Shown here: positions 18,487 to 31,278 of the stretch, piece after piece | How the letters are laid out: the number at the start of each line of letters is the position of its first letter | Numbering within the stretch: the first letter of the stretch is position 1 | From: an uncultured Acidobacteriota bacterium | GTDB lineage: Bacteria; Acidobacteriota; UBA6911 | Direction: 5' to 3' | DNA length: 64,000 nt | Assembly (NCBI GenBank): GCA_963827655.1 | Contig: CAWHCF010000037.1 | Coordinates: forward strand, 61,471 to 125,470 | Notes under the pieces: model-generated | The model's input: the letters and a program-made list of their open reading frames with translations, nothing else | Told to the model about the DNA's origin: nothing | The model's database searches: none | Position numbers and translations under genes: made by a program

Positions 18487-20226
18487 TCAACGGTCCCATG
18501 GAAACGACGCGGTAGGCTGGTTCGCATAGCGCTTGATCGTAATGGTCAGGGTGCCGCCGGTTCCCGGCGCCATCCTTACGGTGAAGTGCGGCGCGTCGAC
18601 TGCAATTTTGTTGCCGCCCGCTTCCACCGAGACGCATTGGTGCTCCGCGAAAGCCCCCGTCTGCACCACCAGCTGACGAGCGTGGACCGGACTGGTGTTG
18701 ACCAGCGTCAGCACCACGTCACCCGGCGTGATCTTCTCGACCAGCGCGGCGACGTCTTCCGGCAATCCGGCGCGGCGATGTACGGGGTCGAAATAGCGGA
18801 GCCGGCTGTGCAGAATATTGCCATCCTTGCCGGGATCGTTTCCCCCGAGCATCAGGTTCACCAGCGTATCGGTAGCCACCGGACTGAAAGACTGTGCGCC
18901 GTCGGAGGGCCGCGTATCCGCTGTCCGGAGGTCCTGGCGCATCCCGTGGACGCGGCGCCGCAAGCGCTCAAAGTCGGCTTCTAAAGAACGAATTGGATAG
19001 TCGGGATTCTTACCGTCCAGGTAGCGCAGCCAGGGGTCATTGGACAGCCACTTGAGGTCCGCCGGGTCCATCAGCCAGAGGTAGATGTCACGCTGCACTT
19101 CGAAGTATTGGTTCGGGGTAAAGCCGTACCAGCCGTTGTCGCCATACTTTTGCGGCAATAAAACGCGGCCGTCCTGTTGCCGGCTGGCGGCATAAAGATT
19201 TGAAAGTTGGCGCCGTAGAGGCTCGACGAAGCTCGCATCCCCGGTGAGTAAGAAGGCTTCGCCGAAAGCGGTGCGCGCGCCGCGCATGTAGTAATTGCGG
19301 CCGCTGGTGGACGGATCGAAGTTCCAGCCGAAGGTTCCGCCATACCACTTGCCTTGCCATTCACCGCCAATGGTTCCATCCAGACCGATGTTGGTTGGGA
19401 TGTTGCCCTTGTTGGCCATGACGCGATCCCGCCAGGCGCCGGCATATTCGAGCACCCAGTCGCGGTACTTGCGCTCGCCGGTGAGCGCGTATGCGTTGAA
19501 CGCCAGCGAGCAGGCGCCCAGATTCAGCGGGTGGTCGCCCCGAATGTTGGCGGCGTCGCGATAACGGTTGTGGCGCTCCGGTTGTCCGGGCACGGTTTCG
19601 CCGCCCCAATCGAAGACCGAGGCCGGCGTCAGCAGCGGGCCGCGGCTGCCGTTGTGCAGGCTGCGAATGATCTTGTTCTTGGAATCGTAATTGGACGCCT
19701 CGGGATCCTCATTCATGTAGAAGCCTGCGAACCGGCGCATGCGCTGTATGTAGAGCGCGTCGCTGGGCGCGCTCAGCGCGTAAAAGTGGAAGGGCGCCAG
19801 ACCCTCGCCGTTATGTTCCCAGTCAAACGAAGCCGGGAATTCCCTGTAGTACATCCCGTTCTTGGCCATCTGGGTCGAGGGAGCCCGGGCCTGCGTGAAC
19901 TGAACCAGCTGCCCTTCCCAGGCCTTTCGGTACAAGTCGAGGATCGAATCCGGCGCGCCCAGGGCGTGCAGCAGCGGCCAGGGAGTGAACGTCTCCATGA
20001 CGTCGTCGGGGCCGTCGTTGCCGCCCCACCGTTCGATACAGCGGAAAAAACCGCGGTCGTCGACGTATTTGGCCGCGAACTCGGCGGCCGCATCGGTGTA
20101 GGCCTTCAAGAGCGCGCGCTCAGCCAGCGCCCAGGCCGGCGGCGGCATCGGCTTGTCCACCTGGACAACGGGCGGCGCAGCGAATGCCGCTAATGCGAAA
20201 CACAAAGCAAGCAGAACAAGTCGCAT
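18487..20226 (-). CDS. Secreted conserved hypothetical protein, possibly an (alpha/alpha)-barrel carbohydrate enzyme
   Basis: Signal peptide; acidic motifs WGGNDGPDD, DWEHNGEG, GDHPLNL; Trp/Tyr-rich; TACAAT lies 7 nt before ATG 20226. Confidence 0.7.
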   Translation of the reverse strand: MRLVLLALCFALAAFAAPPVVQVDKPMPPPAWALAERALLKAYTDAAAEFAAKYVDDRGFFRCIERWGGNDGPDDVMETFTPWPLLHALGAPDSILDLYRKAWEGQLVQFTQARAPSTQMAKNGMYYREFPASFDWEHNGEGLAPFHFYALSAPSDALYIQRMRRFAGFYMNEDPEASNYDSKNKIIRSLHNGSRGPLLTPASVFDWGGETVPGQPERHNRYRDAANIRGDHPLNLGACSLAFNAYALTGERKYRDWVLEYAGAWRDRVMANKGNIPTNIGLDGTIGGEWQGKWYGGTFGWNFDPSTSGRNYYMRGARTAFGEAFLLTGDASFVEPLRRQLSNLYAASRQQDGRVLLPQKYGDNGWYGFTPNQYFEVQRDIYLWLMDPADLKWLSNDPWLRYLDGKNPDYPIRSLEADFERLRRRVHGMRQDLRTADTRPSDGAQSFSPVATDTLVNLMLGGNDPGKDGNILHSRLRYFDPVHRRAGLPEDVAALVEKITPGDVVLTLVNTSPVHARQLVVQTGAFAEHQCVSVEAGGNKIAVDAPHFTVRMAPGTGGTLTITIKRYANQPTASFPWDR

Positions 20227-20255
20227 GTCGTCCATTGTAACGAAAAATTGTCTGA

Positions 20256-20326
20256 GTTTCTTCGAGTCTTCGCGTCTTGAGTTTTTGTTCTACCGCGCTA
20301 ACCACAAAGACTCGAAGACACCAGGG
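20256..20326. repeat. Family C inverted doublet
   Basis: GTTTCTTCGAGTCTTCGCGTCTTG...CTAACCACAAAGACTCGAAGACACC. Confidence 0.85.
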
Positions 20327-20392
20327 ACGTAGACTCTGATACAATCCGGTCTTTCGAGCACAGCCGCTCGCACGGCAGGAAGGGGAAAATCA

Positions 20393-23300
20393 TTGCTCGC
20401 TCCTAACGACCGGCTCGGGCATTACGAAATCGAACGCGTCATAGGCGCCGGTGGCATGGGCGTCGTTTATCGCGCCTTCGACACGCGCCTGCAGCGTCCC
20501 GTCGCCATCAAGCTCATCCATCCAACGGATGAGTTCAACGTCAGCAGGCGGCTCCTCAATGAAGCCCGGGCGGCCTCGGCGCTCAATCACCCCAACATCT
20601 GCACGGTCCACGAAGTCGCGGAGCACGGCGACCGCAGCTTCATCGTGATGGAGTACGTCGACGGGCGGCCGCTCAGCGATGTAATCGCCGAAGGACCGAA
20701 GCCGCCGGAGCTCGCGCTGGAGCTGGCCGTGCAGGTCGCCGGCGCGCTCGCGCACGCCCACGAGCGCAACGTCGTGCACGGGGATCTGAAAGCCGCCAAT
20801 GTTTTGATTTCGGAGGCAGGCCGGATCAAAGTGGTCGACTTCGGGCTGGCTCGTCGTCACGCCGCGGTGGAGACAGGGGTCACGGATACCGGGCTGACCG
20901 GCGGCACCCCGTATGCGATGGCCCCCGAACTATTGCGTGGCGCGCAGCCCGACGCGCGAAGTGACGTCTGGGCGCTTGGCGTGCTGCTCCACGAACTTGC
21001 TTCGGGTACGCGACCGTTCACGCGGCCGACTGTGGCTGAGTTGATGGCCGCAATTCTGGGCGAGTCGCCGACACCTCCACCATCCCACGTGGCTCCTGCC
21101 TTGCGCCGCATCATCGATCGGTGCCTCACCCGCGATCCGATGCGCCGGTACCAGCACGCCGGCGAAATGCTGGCCGCGCTCGACGCGATATCAAATTCGA
21201 GACCTTCAGTCCCGCCCGCCAACGAAGACGACGGCGCGGCCTGGATCGTTCCGGCGCCGCCGGCGCTCTCGTCCGCCGGGGCGAGCCAGATTGTCCTGAT
21301 CGGGCGCGAGCAGGAATGGAAGCTACTCCGCGCCGCCTGGGAAGCGCGCTTCGACCGGCCGGCGTCAGCTTGCGTTTGTCGCCGGCGAACCCGGTATCGG
21401 AAAGACTCGATTGGTGACGGAGTTCGCTCGTTCGGTGGGGCCGGAGGCGAATGTTCTGTTCGGGCGCTGCGACCAGGAAGCTCTCGTGCCCCACCAGCCC
21501 TTCGTCGAGGCGCTCGAATGGTATCTGCGTGAATGCCCGCCTGCGGTGCTCGAGGCGCGGCTCGCTGACGTCGATGGAATCTGGGAGTTGGCCCAGCTGA
21601 TTGCGCCCCTCGCCCGTCGTGTCCCGCTGGTTCCGGCGCCGGTCGAGTCCAATCCCGAAGGCCGGCGCTACCGGCTGTTCGAGGCAGTGGCGGCGCTCGT
21701 GTCGGCGATCGCGCGGTCACGGCCCTTGCTGATAGTGCTCGAGGATCTGCACTGGGCCGATCGGCCGACGCTGCTGCTCCTGCGGCACCTGTTGCGCTCG
21801 TCGCACGCGGCCTCGCTTTGTATCGTCGCGACCTACCGCGAAACCGAACTGGGTCGCACACACCCGCTCGCCGAGATGCTCGCCGAGCTGCGCCGCGAGG
21901 AAGGCGTGACGCGAATCGGCTTGCGCGGTCTGAAGGAAGAGCGACGTAAGCCAGTTCATCGGACAGTGGATCGGACGTGAGAGTCCGCCCGGTCTCACTC
22001 GCCTGGTTTCCGGAAGGACCGAAGGGAATCCGTTCTTCGTCGGCGAGGTGCTGCGGCACCTCTCTGAGACTGGAGCGCTTGCCCAACCGGACGAGCGGGA
22101 CTCGTGCTTCCGGCGATCCAGGGGGATTGCCGGAAGGGGTACGAGAGGTGATTGGACGCCGCCTCAGCCGGCTCAGCGAGGCCTGCAATCGCGTGCTGGG
22201 CCTGGCCGCGGTCGTCGGCCGGGAATTCAGCCTGCCGGTCCTGAACACGCTCGCCGAGCTGCCGGAGGAGCAGCTGCTCGACATCCTCGACGAAGCTATC
22301 GCGGCGCGCCTCGTACAGGACGTGCCTGGCGCTCCGGACCGTTACGCCTTCACTCACGCGCTTGTGCGCGACACCCTCTACGAGGAGCTCACCGCAGCAC
22401 GCCGGGCGCGCCTGCACCGTCTGGTCGCGGAAGCCATCGAGCGGCTCGCACCGTCCGATGATCCACCGCTCGCGGATCTGGCTTACCACTATGCTCAGGC
22501 CGCGTCGGCGGCTGTTGCTCATAAGGCCATCGAGTACGCCATACGAGCGGCCGAGCGCGCCGCCGCAGCCTTCGCGCTCGAGGAGGCCGCGCGTTTCTAC
22601 CTCACCGCGTTGCAGGCACTGGATTTGCTCACGCAGGGACCCGGGCTGAGACCGCGCAGGTTAGATCTCCATTTCCGGCGCGGGCGGGCGTTCGCGGACG
22701 TCGGTCTCTGGGGACCGGCCAGGACCGAGCTCGAGGCTGCGCTCGAGCTGGTCGATCCAGCAGAATCGACGCTGCGTACCCAACTGCTGTTGGAACTCTC
22801 CAAATGCTCGTTCTGGCTGCTCGATGTGCCTGCCGTCCGGCGTTACGCCAGCGAGGCGCTGCCGCTTTCCGAGTCGCTCGGGCGTGATGACTTCGTGGCT
22901 GACGCGATGTCATGGCTCGGCGGCGCGCTGAACGCGGAAGGAGATGTGCCCGGCGCGGTAGCGATGGATCGGCAGGCCATGGCGCGCATTGGCGGTGCAA
23001 GGACGTTCGGACTCGCGCGCGCTGTCATATCCCTCTACCATCTAGGCTTGGTTGACGAGGCATTGCAGCGAGCCGTCGAGTCGGTCGAACAAGCTCGCGC
23101 CAGCCAGGATCCCACCTACCGCGTCTTCGCGCTCCAGCACCTGGCCATCAGCCTCGCAGGTGCGGGCCGGTACGCGGAGGCGCGACGGGCGTTCGACGAA
23201 ATGCGGGATTTCGGCCGCCGCCATGGCGTGCTGCCGATGTTGGCGCGAGGAATCTGCATGTCTGCCGGGGTCCACATCGCGCTGGGCGATTACGCGCGAG

Positions 23301-23893
23301 GGGAAGAGATCGCCAACGAAGCCCGCGAACTCGCGCGGCGGGTCAGTTTTCCGCCCGCTTTTGTAAGCGCGGGAATCGACCTGCTTACCGTTTTCGCCCG
23401 CGCGCACGAGCCGGGCCGAGCCGACGCCATCATGGACGATGTCGCCCGTGCCGTCGTCGCAGCCGGCGGCTGGCACGGCTGGCTGTGGCGCCTGCGCTTG
23501 AGCCAGGCCCGAGCGGAGCTGGCGCTCGAGCGCGGCGAGTGGCAGGCGGCGATCGCGGCCGCTTCCGACGGGATCACGGACAGCCAGGCGCGATCGAGGC
23601 CGAAGTACGAGGCGCTTGGCCTCGTGACCCGGGCGCGCGCGAAGAAGGCGATCGACGACGTGCCGGGAGCCATTGTTGATGCCTCACGCGGCGTCGAGAT
23701 CGCGCGCCGATTGGGCGACCCGGCGTTGCTGCTGAAGGCGCTGGCCGTGCAGATCGACGTGGACGGGAGTGACGCGCTGGTCATCGAGGCCCGTGGCTGC
23801 AGCGATCGGATCCTCTCGCACGTCGACGACGCCGGCCTGCGCGAGCGTTTTCTCGGCAGCGAGCTGTCTGACGTCGTTGCCAAAGGACGTTAG
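20393..23893 (+). CDS. Ser/Thr protein kinase - P-loop ATPase (AAA_16/STAND-like) - TPR protein, three apparent frameshifts (about 21345, 21945, 22115)
   Basis: GAGGMG.VY, VAIK, HGDLKAAN, DFGLA, GT..MAPE; GEPGIGKT Walker A; LEDLHWAD Walker B; EGNPFF; helical repeats spread over four frame segments. Confidence 0.85.
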
Positions 23894-23902
23894 CTGCAAG
23901 GA

Positions 23903-23945
23903 TGCTTCGTGTTTCTTCGTGTCTTTGAGTCTTAGTGGTATTTGT
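23903..23945. repeat. Family C single arm
   Basis: 23912-23945 is identical (34 nt) to 62061-62094. Confidence 0.85.
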
Positions 23946-23948
23946 TAC

Positions 23949-25464
23949 TCACTGCCCGGTCTTGCGCGCAACCAGCCGGTACGAAACAAACGCAAAGCGC
24001 TTGCTGTCGGGCGACCACGAAGGCACGTTTATCGTCCCCTGGCCGCCGAAAAGCGTGGCGAGCACCTTCGGTTCGCCGCCCGCCGGCATGATCTTCAACT
24101 GCACGTCCTTATTAGGCGGGTGTCCCTTGACGCTCGGATCATAGGCGAGATACACAAGCCACCGGCCGTCCGGCGAGGGATGGGGGAACCAGTCGCCGGA
24201 TGGCGCTCCAACCGAAACCATCTCCTGCCCCGACCCGTCGGCGCGCATGCGCCAGATACGCATCAGTCCGGTGCGTTCGGAGTTGAAGTAGATCCATTGC
24301 CCGTCCGGTGAGTAGTCCGGGCCGTCGTCCAGGCCGGGCGCTGTCGTCAGTCGGCGCTCTTCGCCGCCATCCACGGAAACCGTGTAGATGTCGTATTCCC
24401 CACTGCGCTGAGCGCAGTAAGCCAGGGTCTTGCCGTCCGGAGACCAGCCATGCCAGTACGACGGCCGCTGCTCGACCACGAGGCGCGGTTCTCCTCCGGT
24501 CGCGGGGACAATCCAGATCTGCGACCCTCCGGACGCGGACCCGCTGATCGCCATCTGCCGGCCATCCGGGGACAAGCCGTGGTCGTTGTTAAGCCGCAGC
24601 GATCCGGTCTCGATCAGCTCGGGCGTGCCGCCGTCTGCGGGAATGCGGTACAGTTTGCCGCCTCCGTTGTAAAAGAGAGAGCGGCCGTCCGGCGACCAGT
24701 TGGGCGCTTCAAAGTGCGCCGTCTCCCGATGGATGATGCGCCGCTGGCCGGTTTCGATCTCGATGGTCTCCAGCGTGCTCTCGACCATGCCGCTCCTTGA
24801 GATCGATGACGCCGTCATTGCGGACAGCCACGCGCGAGAACAAAGCCGTTTCCGCAACCTTTACGTCGTGCGAGCAGACCGCGAGGCCGGCGTAAACGGT
24901 TTCCGGCAACGACAGAGAGAGCGCCCCCACCGGCTGGAATGCGCCTCCTCGGGGGGCCACCTCGGCGGAGATGACCTCGCCGTGGCGTTCCAGCCGCAGG
25001 GTGGCCGGCGCCTTGATGCTGGTGCGCAGTTCCTCGGTCGGCCCGCCCTTCGTCCTCCTGAATTGCAGCGCGATCAGTCCATCCTGATGCGCGACGAGAT
25101 CGGCGTAGGCGTCGTCAGGCGCGAGCCCGGAGCGCAGGATGGGTCCCGCCTTCTTGTGGGCATTTCCACCGCTCGTGACCCACTCGAAATCGGCGGTTAT
25201 GCTGATATCCCCGGACGCCGAACGCCACAGGAAGTGGAATGCGTCCGTCCCGGCCCACATGTTGGCGCCACTCCCGGTAATGCGATAGGTGTTGGAGCCC
25301 GGATTGTGCTCAACCGCGCCTTTGTGCTCGACCACGCCAACATCGCCGGACTTTTCGAACTCGCCCAGAGCCCGCTGCGCCGACAGCACCACGGGGAAGG
25401 CAGCGACCAGCCATGCCACAAAGAACAGCACACGCATACTCTTGAACACAGCCGTGATTTCCAT
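23949..25464 (-). CDS. TolB-like PD40 beta-propeller protein with an N-terminal beta-sandwich, frameshift near 24790
   Basis: [50 protein letters not shown]; N-terminal ORF with signal peptide and GGAGG RBS. Confidence 0.85.
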
Positions 25465-25473
25465 TCTTGCCTC

Positions 25474-25530
25474 CTTGCTTTCTTGGCAAAGATTCTTAGT
25501 GTTTCTTCGTGTCTTCGTGTCTTCGTGGTT
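25474..25530. repeat. Family C arm with extended flank
   Basis: CTTGCTTTCTTGGCAAAGATTCTTAGTGTTTCTTCGTGTC, nearly identical to 35542-35580. Confidence 0.85.
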
Positions 25531-25536
25531 ACGCGG

Positions 25537-27790
25537 TCAGAAATCGAAAAGGTAGTTGAACTTGACCATCAGCACACGGCTCATCGTCCGGCGCTGGTCG
25601 CCGTGCGGATCGAGGTAATCTTCGGTGGCCACACGCGTGTTGTAGACCACGAAGAAGCCCGTGCTCGAGGTCGAAAGCAGCGCGAGCCTTATATTCGTTC
25701 CGACCTGGCCAGTCTGGCTGTTGTACTGGCTGAAGAACTGAAGGTAGCTCTTGGGCGTGAAAGACCAGTTGAAGCGCAGACCGACCAGGTCGGTCGTAAA
25801 ATCCCCTTCGGGTAGCGCGATGAAGTTGCGGACGTAGTTTGCGGTCCAGCTGATATTCTGGCCATAGCGGTAGCCGCCGCTCGCGTTGATGGTCCGGATC
25901 GTTCCGGAGTAGAAGTCGCCCACTGAGAAGTTGCCCGAGGCCCAGAAGGTGTGCGCTGGGATCGGTCCCGTAGTTAAGGACCATCTCGCTGTAGTCGTAA
26001 CGCCCGGGAGGGATCAGGACGCCCGGGCTCACCTCGAACGGTTTGTCGAGCCGCTCGAAGTTGCGGTTCAACGCAAGCCCCAGGCTCGAGCCGTTCTGCC
26101 AGCGCGTGTCGAGATGGTAGTGCTCGAACGCGGACTCTTTCTCGTTGGTCTCGAGCGTGTACCAGCGATTCCACTGGAAGTGCGGGAAGATGCTGCGCAG
26201 CAGCTTGCCTTCGGGATAATGCGTATACCGGTAGCCGATCGTCGGCTTGCGGAATCCGACACGCTGGACGTAGCCGACTTCGGGGTTGAAGTCGCGTCCG
26301 ACTTCCGTGTAGCCGGCATCGGCCCGGTGATGCTCGTCATCGTAGGCCAGGACAGACGAGGCCGCGTGGTCGCGGCCCGTGAGTCCTGGGGTCAGGCTCT
26401 TGGCCAGGTAGTTGAACCAGTTGGCGTGGCGGCCAAACCCGATGTTGAGATCGGCGCCGAACGTGTAATTGTACGAGGGCGCCGAGGTTCCGCCGGTCAA
26501 TGAGTTCCGGCCCACGGCGATGAGGCCGATCGAGGAGCGGTTGCGCAATTCGCGGGCTACCCGCAGCACGCTGAAGTTGTTCGCCGGCACGACGCCCTCG
26601 ACCTCGCGTGTCATCATGTCGAGCGCTCCGATCTCGTAGTTCCCCATCTTCCCGCTTAACCGGACGCCGGCGTCGATCGGCACCTCGATCCCCGAGCGGT
26701 CGATACCGATCCGCCGCGAAAAGAACGCTTCAACCTCCCGGGGCGTGCCGAACTCGAAGAACCCGGAGTTTTCCAGGAAGAAGGGTCTCTTTTCCGGGAA
26801 GAAGAGGTCGAAGCGGGTCAGGTTGACCTGCTCCTCGTCGACCTCGACCTGCGCAAAGTCCGTGTTGAAGGTGGCGTCGAGCGTCAGACCGGGGGTGAGA
26901 CTGTACTTCAAGTCCAGACCGGCATTCAGCGCCGGATCGGTGGCGTCGGGCTCGGTGTAGTTCTGTTTGAAGCCGCCGAGCACATAGGGAAGAAGCTTCA
27001 GGTTGCGATGTACCTCCACGTCGAGTCCTTCGAGCTCTCCGGCGATCGCGACATCGTTGAATGTGAAGCCCCGGGATACCGGCGCCCAGAACGACTGCTC
27101 GTTGCGGCGGCGAAGGTTGCGGGTGATGTTCAGTCCCCATGTGCGGTCCGAGCCGGGTGTGTACCGGAGCGTCTTGAACGGAATCACCATCTCGCTCTCC
27201 CAGCCCCGTTCCGTGACCTTCGACCAGACCTTCCACACTCCGTCCCAGTTCAGATTGAAGGCCGAGGCGCCGCCCCGCTGGGCGCCCCCGCCGCCCCCGG
27301 CCCCACCAGCGCGGGCGGGCGTCCCGACTCCGCCCCGTCCCTGGCCGGCTTTCGAGAGCTGGCCATCGTACTCGATGCCGGTCGGGCTGGTTCCGAAGAT
27401 GAAGGCATTCTGCCGGTCGTGGAAGGTATCGAGCAGGATCTCGACCGAGTCGGTGTCGATCAGAGACGCGTCCCGGCGGTTCTGAGTAACGACGATGTTG
27501 TCGGGCTCGGAGTCGAAGCAGATGATCCCGATGTAGAGGTTGTTGTCGTCAAACGCGATCCGGATCTCGGTCGACTCCGTCGCGGAGGCGCCCTCGTTCG
27601 GCTCCTGCTGAACAAAGGCGGCGGCCGGCGCGATCCCGCTCCAGAGATCTTCCGTGACCAGTCCATCCAGAGTCGGCGCTTTATCGACGCGCCGGGCGCG
27701 GACCTTGCGCGACCCGACCGGCGTATTATCCGCGAGGATATGAGGAACGACGAGGAGCAGCAACGCGAGACGGCACACCTTCGCCAACAA
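25537..27790 (-). CDS. CBM9-like plus DUF5916 outer-membrane protein, frameshift near 25950
   Basis: P.LDG...W; W.SEM.IPFKTLRY; NTDFAQVEVD...NLTRF.LFFPEKRPFFLE; ends KFNYLFDF. Confidence 0.85.
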
Positions 27791-27830
27791 GGTTCTTAGT
27801 GCTTCTTCGAGCCTTCGCGTCTTGGTGGTT
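27788..27830. repeat. Family C single arm
   Basis: CAAGGTTCTTAGTGCTTCTTCGAGCCTTCGCGTCTTGGTGGTT. Confidence 0.8.
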
Positions 27831-27841
27831 CGGTCGCCGAT

Positions 27842-30800
27842 CTAGAACTCCAGGCGCAAGCGAATCATGATCTGCCTCGCCGGAGCGAAAGCGCGGGTCG
27901 AGGTAACGACGCCATAGGTATTGGGCGCGGACAGATTTGATCCGGGATTGTTGAAGTTGGCCTGATTGAAGACATTCTGGGCGGCCGCCATCATGGTAAA
28001 TCTCCAGCGCTCGGTGATCGGGAAGGTTTTGCCCAGCGTCAGATCGTGGATAGTGGAGGCCCGGGCCTTCCAGGATGTTCGCGCCGCTGTTGCCGAACCG
28101 TCCGGCAGGCGGGCGCGCGAACGCCGTGGTGTCGAACCAGCGGTTGAGCGTCCGCTCGGAAGACGGAAGGTTGCCGTTGGCGATGCGGTCGGGCAGGCCC
28201 CCTACGGTGTTTGTGTTTGAAGGATCGGCGCCCGCGAAAGACGGCGAGAAGAATTGCCCGCTCTCCATGTAGGCAATCCAGTAAAGCTGCCACCCGCCCA
28301 CAACGTGGTTCACTACCTTGTTCACATCGGACAGAAACTGCTTGCCGTTGCCGAAGGGCAAATACCAGAGGGCGTTCAGCACGACGCGATGCCGCACCGT
28401 GCTCGGATCCCGGTTCCAGAATAGAGGCGCGTATGGGTTCTCGAGGTTCAGCGTTTTGGAATAATTGGAGGCCCAGGTCCAGTGGGCGTCGAACATGACC
28501 TGGCCGACCCTGCGCTGCCCTTGCAGCGTCATGGCGTTGAAATTGGCCGCGCCGTCGGTAAAGGCGTAATTGGTATTGACGAACTGAGGGAAAGGCCGGC
28601 GCGCCTGGTTGAAGGCAGTCAGACTCGGCTCGGGCTTGTTCAGGTTTCGCGTATAGTTCAGACCGCGAGAGCGCGAGCCGAGATAGGAAACCCGGATGCC
28701 TATATCCCGGAACTGACGCTCGATCGTGAAATTGAACTGGTGGATGCGGCCGTTATTCGTGTCAGGGTCGAATCCGTTCACGCTCTGCGAGGGAATCGTC
28801 CCCGATCCGGCCGGAAAGGGGTTGGGCATGGCGAACAGCGGCTGGCCGTCCCGGATCGCATTGAAGAACGTCTCGCTGATCTCGAAGGGACCGCCGCCCT
28901 CGGCTCGGGCGAAGCGGCCGAGGCTCTCGGTATAGACGCCATAGCCCCCGCGAATCACGAAATTGTTTCCGAAGGGGCGATACGCGACACCAAGGCGCGG
29001 AGCGAAGTTGCTAAGGGAAGGATGCTGTTGCGCATCGCCGGTCACCAGCTTGATCGTATTGGTCGGATACAGAGGGCTGACCTCCGGCATCGCCTCCTCC
29101 GGCACGATGACGTTACCCGACTGGCGATCCCAGTTGTAGATCAACCCGTCCTCGTAATCGGTCTGGCCGAAACGGTCCCACCGCAGACCCAGTTCCAGCG
29201 TCACCCGGCTGTTGACTTTGAAGGTGTCCTGAGCGTAGATGCCCAGCTCACTGTCGATTCGCGTGCGGTTTGTCCGAGGATCGAGGCGCTGGCTGGAGAA
29301 GGGCAATCCAAGGATGAAATCGGCTGCGCCGTAGCCGGTCAGCGATCCGTTGAAGTTGAACACGCCGTAGCTGCCCTCGGGAACGGCGCCGCTGAACATG
29401 GATTGGGGCCGAAACTCCATTCCCAGCTTCAGCACGTGGCTCCCCTTGGCCCACGTGAGATTATCGGCGATGTCCCATGATTTGTCCTTCTGGATATAGC
29501 CGCCCGGGTTGATGCGAAGGTTCTGGTAACCCGTAATATCGATGCGCGGGAATCCCATGGCGCTCAGCCCCTGGGGGTTCACGCCCTGGATCCCCAGTTC
29601 CGACACCACCGCATCACCGCGCAAGGGCGTGAAGCCGTCCACTTCGTCGCCGTCGATGACATCCGGTCTATACAATCCGAATCGGAACGAGTTCACCAGG
29701 ACCGGCGAGAAGACGTGGGTGTCTTCCACAACCCACGTCGAGCTTTTCCGGATCCGGGTCCAGGTCAGTTCCGGGAAGGGGCCGTTCAGCACATAGAGCG
29801 GCTTGCTGTTGAGCAATTTAAAATAGACGGTGTTGTTTTGAGCGATCTTGTGGTCGACGCGAACGTCGTAACTGTTCCAGGTGAAGAGATCCGTCGGATA
29901 GGGAAAAAGAAAACCGTAGTTGCTGGCGAAGGCATTGGGCCCACCGAGATTGGGAGCGTGCAGATAGTTGTCGAATACTCGCTGGATCGTGGGGTTGATC
30001 CGGCTGGTGGGAATCACATTGTTCGGAAAGGGAGTGTTCGTGAGCGGATCGCGCACCGTGATGGGCTGCGGCAGGGAGAGGAGTTGCGAGAAGTCGCCGC
30101 GCCGCATCTGTTCGGTCGGAACGTCGCGCCGGTAGAAGGTCGAACTGGGCCAGCGCTGGCCGCTCCAGGAGAAGAAGAAGAAGGTGCGGTCGCGCAACAC
30201 CGGACCTGCAATCTCTCCGTTCATGGTATGGAACAGGTTCTTGGGCTTGGTAGCGTCGAAAAAGTTGCGCGCGGAGAGCGCCGAGTTCTGGTGCCAGTAG
30301 ACGGCCCGTCCGTGGAACTCGTTGGTGCCCGATTTGGTGGTCATGACCATCGAGGCCGGGCGCGCGTATTCCGCCGAGTTATTGGCCATCACCACCTGCA
30401 CTTCCTCCATCACGTGGACGTTGGAGGCCTGCAGCGAGCTCCCTTCGCCCGGAACGCCGTCAATGGCCGTCTGCACCTGCGTGTTGGGCTGCCCGGCGAT
30501 CTGAATCGTGTAGAGGCCGGTCACGCTTTGCACCAGGGGAAGGGTCGTCATGACGACCTGCGGATTTCGCCCGTCGCCCACCCAGGGCGCGTCGTCAAAG
30601 CGCTGGCTCGTGAACGACGCCTGGATCTTGGCCGATTCGGTCGAGATTACCGCCGCGTCGGCCTTGACCACCACTTCCGCGTCCACGGCGCCGAGCTCGA
30701 AAGCAATGTCGATGCGGCGAATCTGGTTGGTTTCCAGAATGATATTGTCGGCGACGAAATTCTTGAAGCCCGGCGCGCTCGCGGTGAGCCGGTAAGAGCC

Positions 30801-31031
30801 GCGCTGAAGCTCGGGGATTTCGTAATCGCCGTTTTCGTTGGCGATGGTCGTGCGCGCGATGTTGGTGCCGAGATTCGTGATCGTGATGTTCGCGCCGGCG
30901 ACCACGGCGCCGCTCGGATCGCGAACTGAGCCACGGATCGTGGACACGGTCAGCTGAGCAAGAAGATTGGCGGCGCACGCCAGATTGAGGGCACACGCCA
31001 GTGGAAAGAGAACAGCAAGTTTCTGAGTCAT
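27842..31031 (-). CDS. TonB-dependent receptor (carboxypeptidase-regulatory-like N-terminus, Oar-like barrel), frameshift near 28050
   Basis: G.V.DPSGAVV.GA; TKSGTNEFHG; LGLRW; NFAPRLG.AY; ends RQIMIRLRLEF* in the shifted frame. Confidence 0.9.
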
Positions 31032-31223
31032 GGCAATCCCTCCGCAGTTTGAGGGGATTACACCACCGCTCAGTGTGCCAGTCAAATGTTATGGTGCGCT
31101 TTTTGCCTCCTAGTGTCTTAGGCGCTGAGCGACACGTTCAAACCAACATGTTGTCGTCCAGAAGGGGCCTTTCGTTCGGGGCGAAGTCCCCGAGCGAACC
31201 TTAGTGTCTTTGCGGTTAATGCG

Positions 31224-31262
31224 TTGACTCGCGCCTTCCTCTGTGGGTACATTGTAACTACA
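31224..31262 (+). promoter_or_regulatory. Sigma-70 promoter with overlapping palindromic operator of the mazEF-like operon
   Basis: TTGACT, 18 nt, TACATT; imperfect palindrome TGTGGGTACA-T-TGTAACTACA at 31242-31262. Confidence 0.6.
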
Positions 31263-31278
31263 GACTGGAGGCACTATC

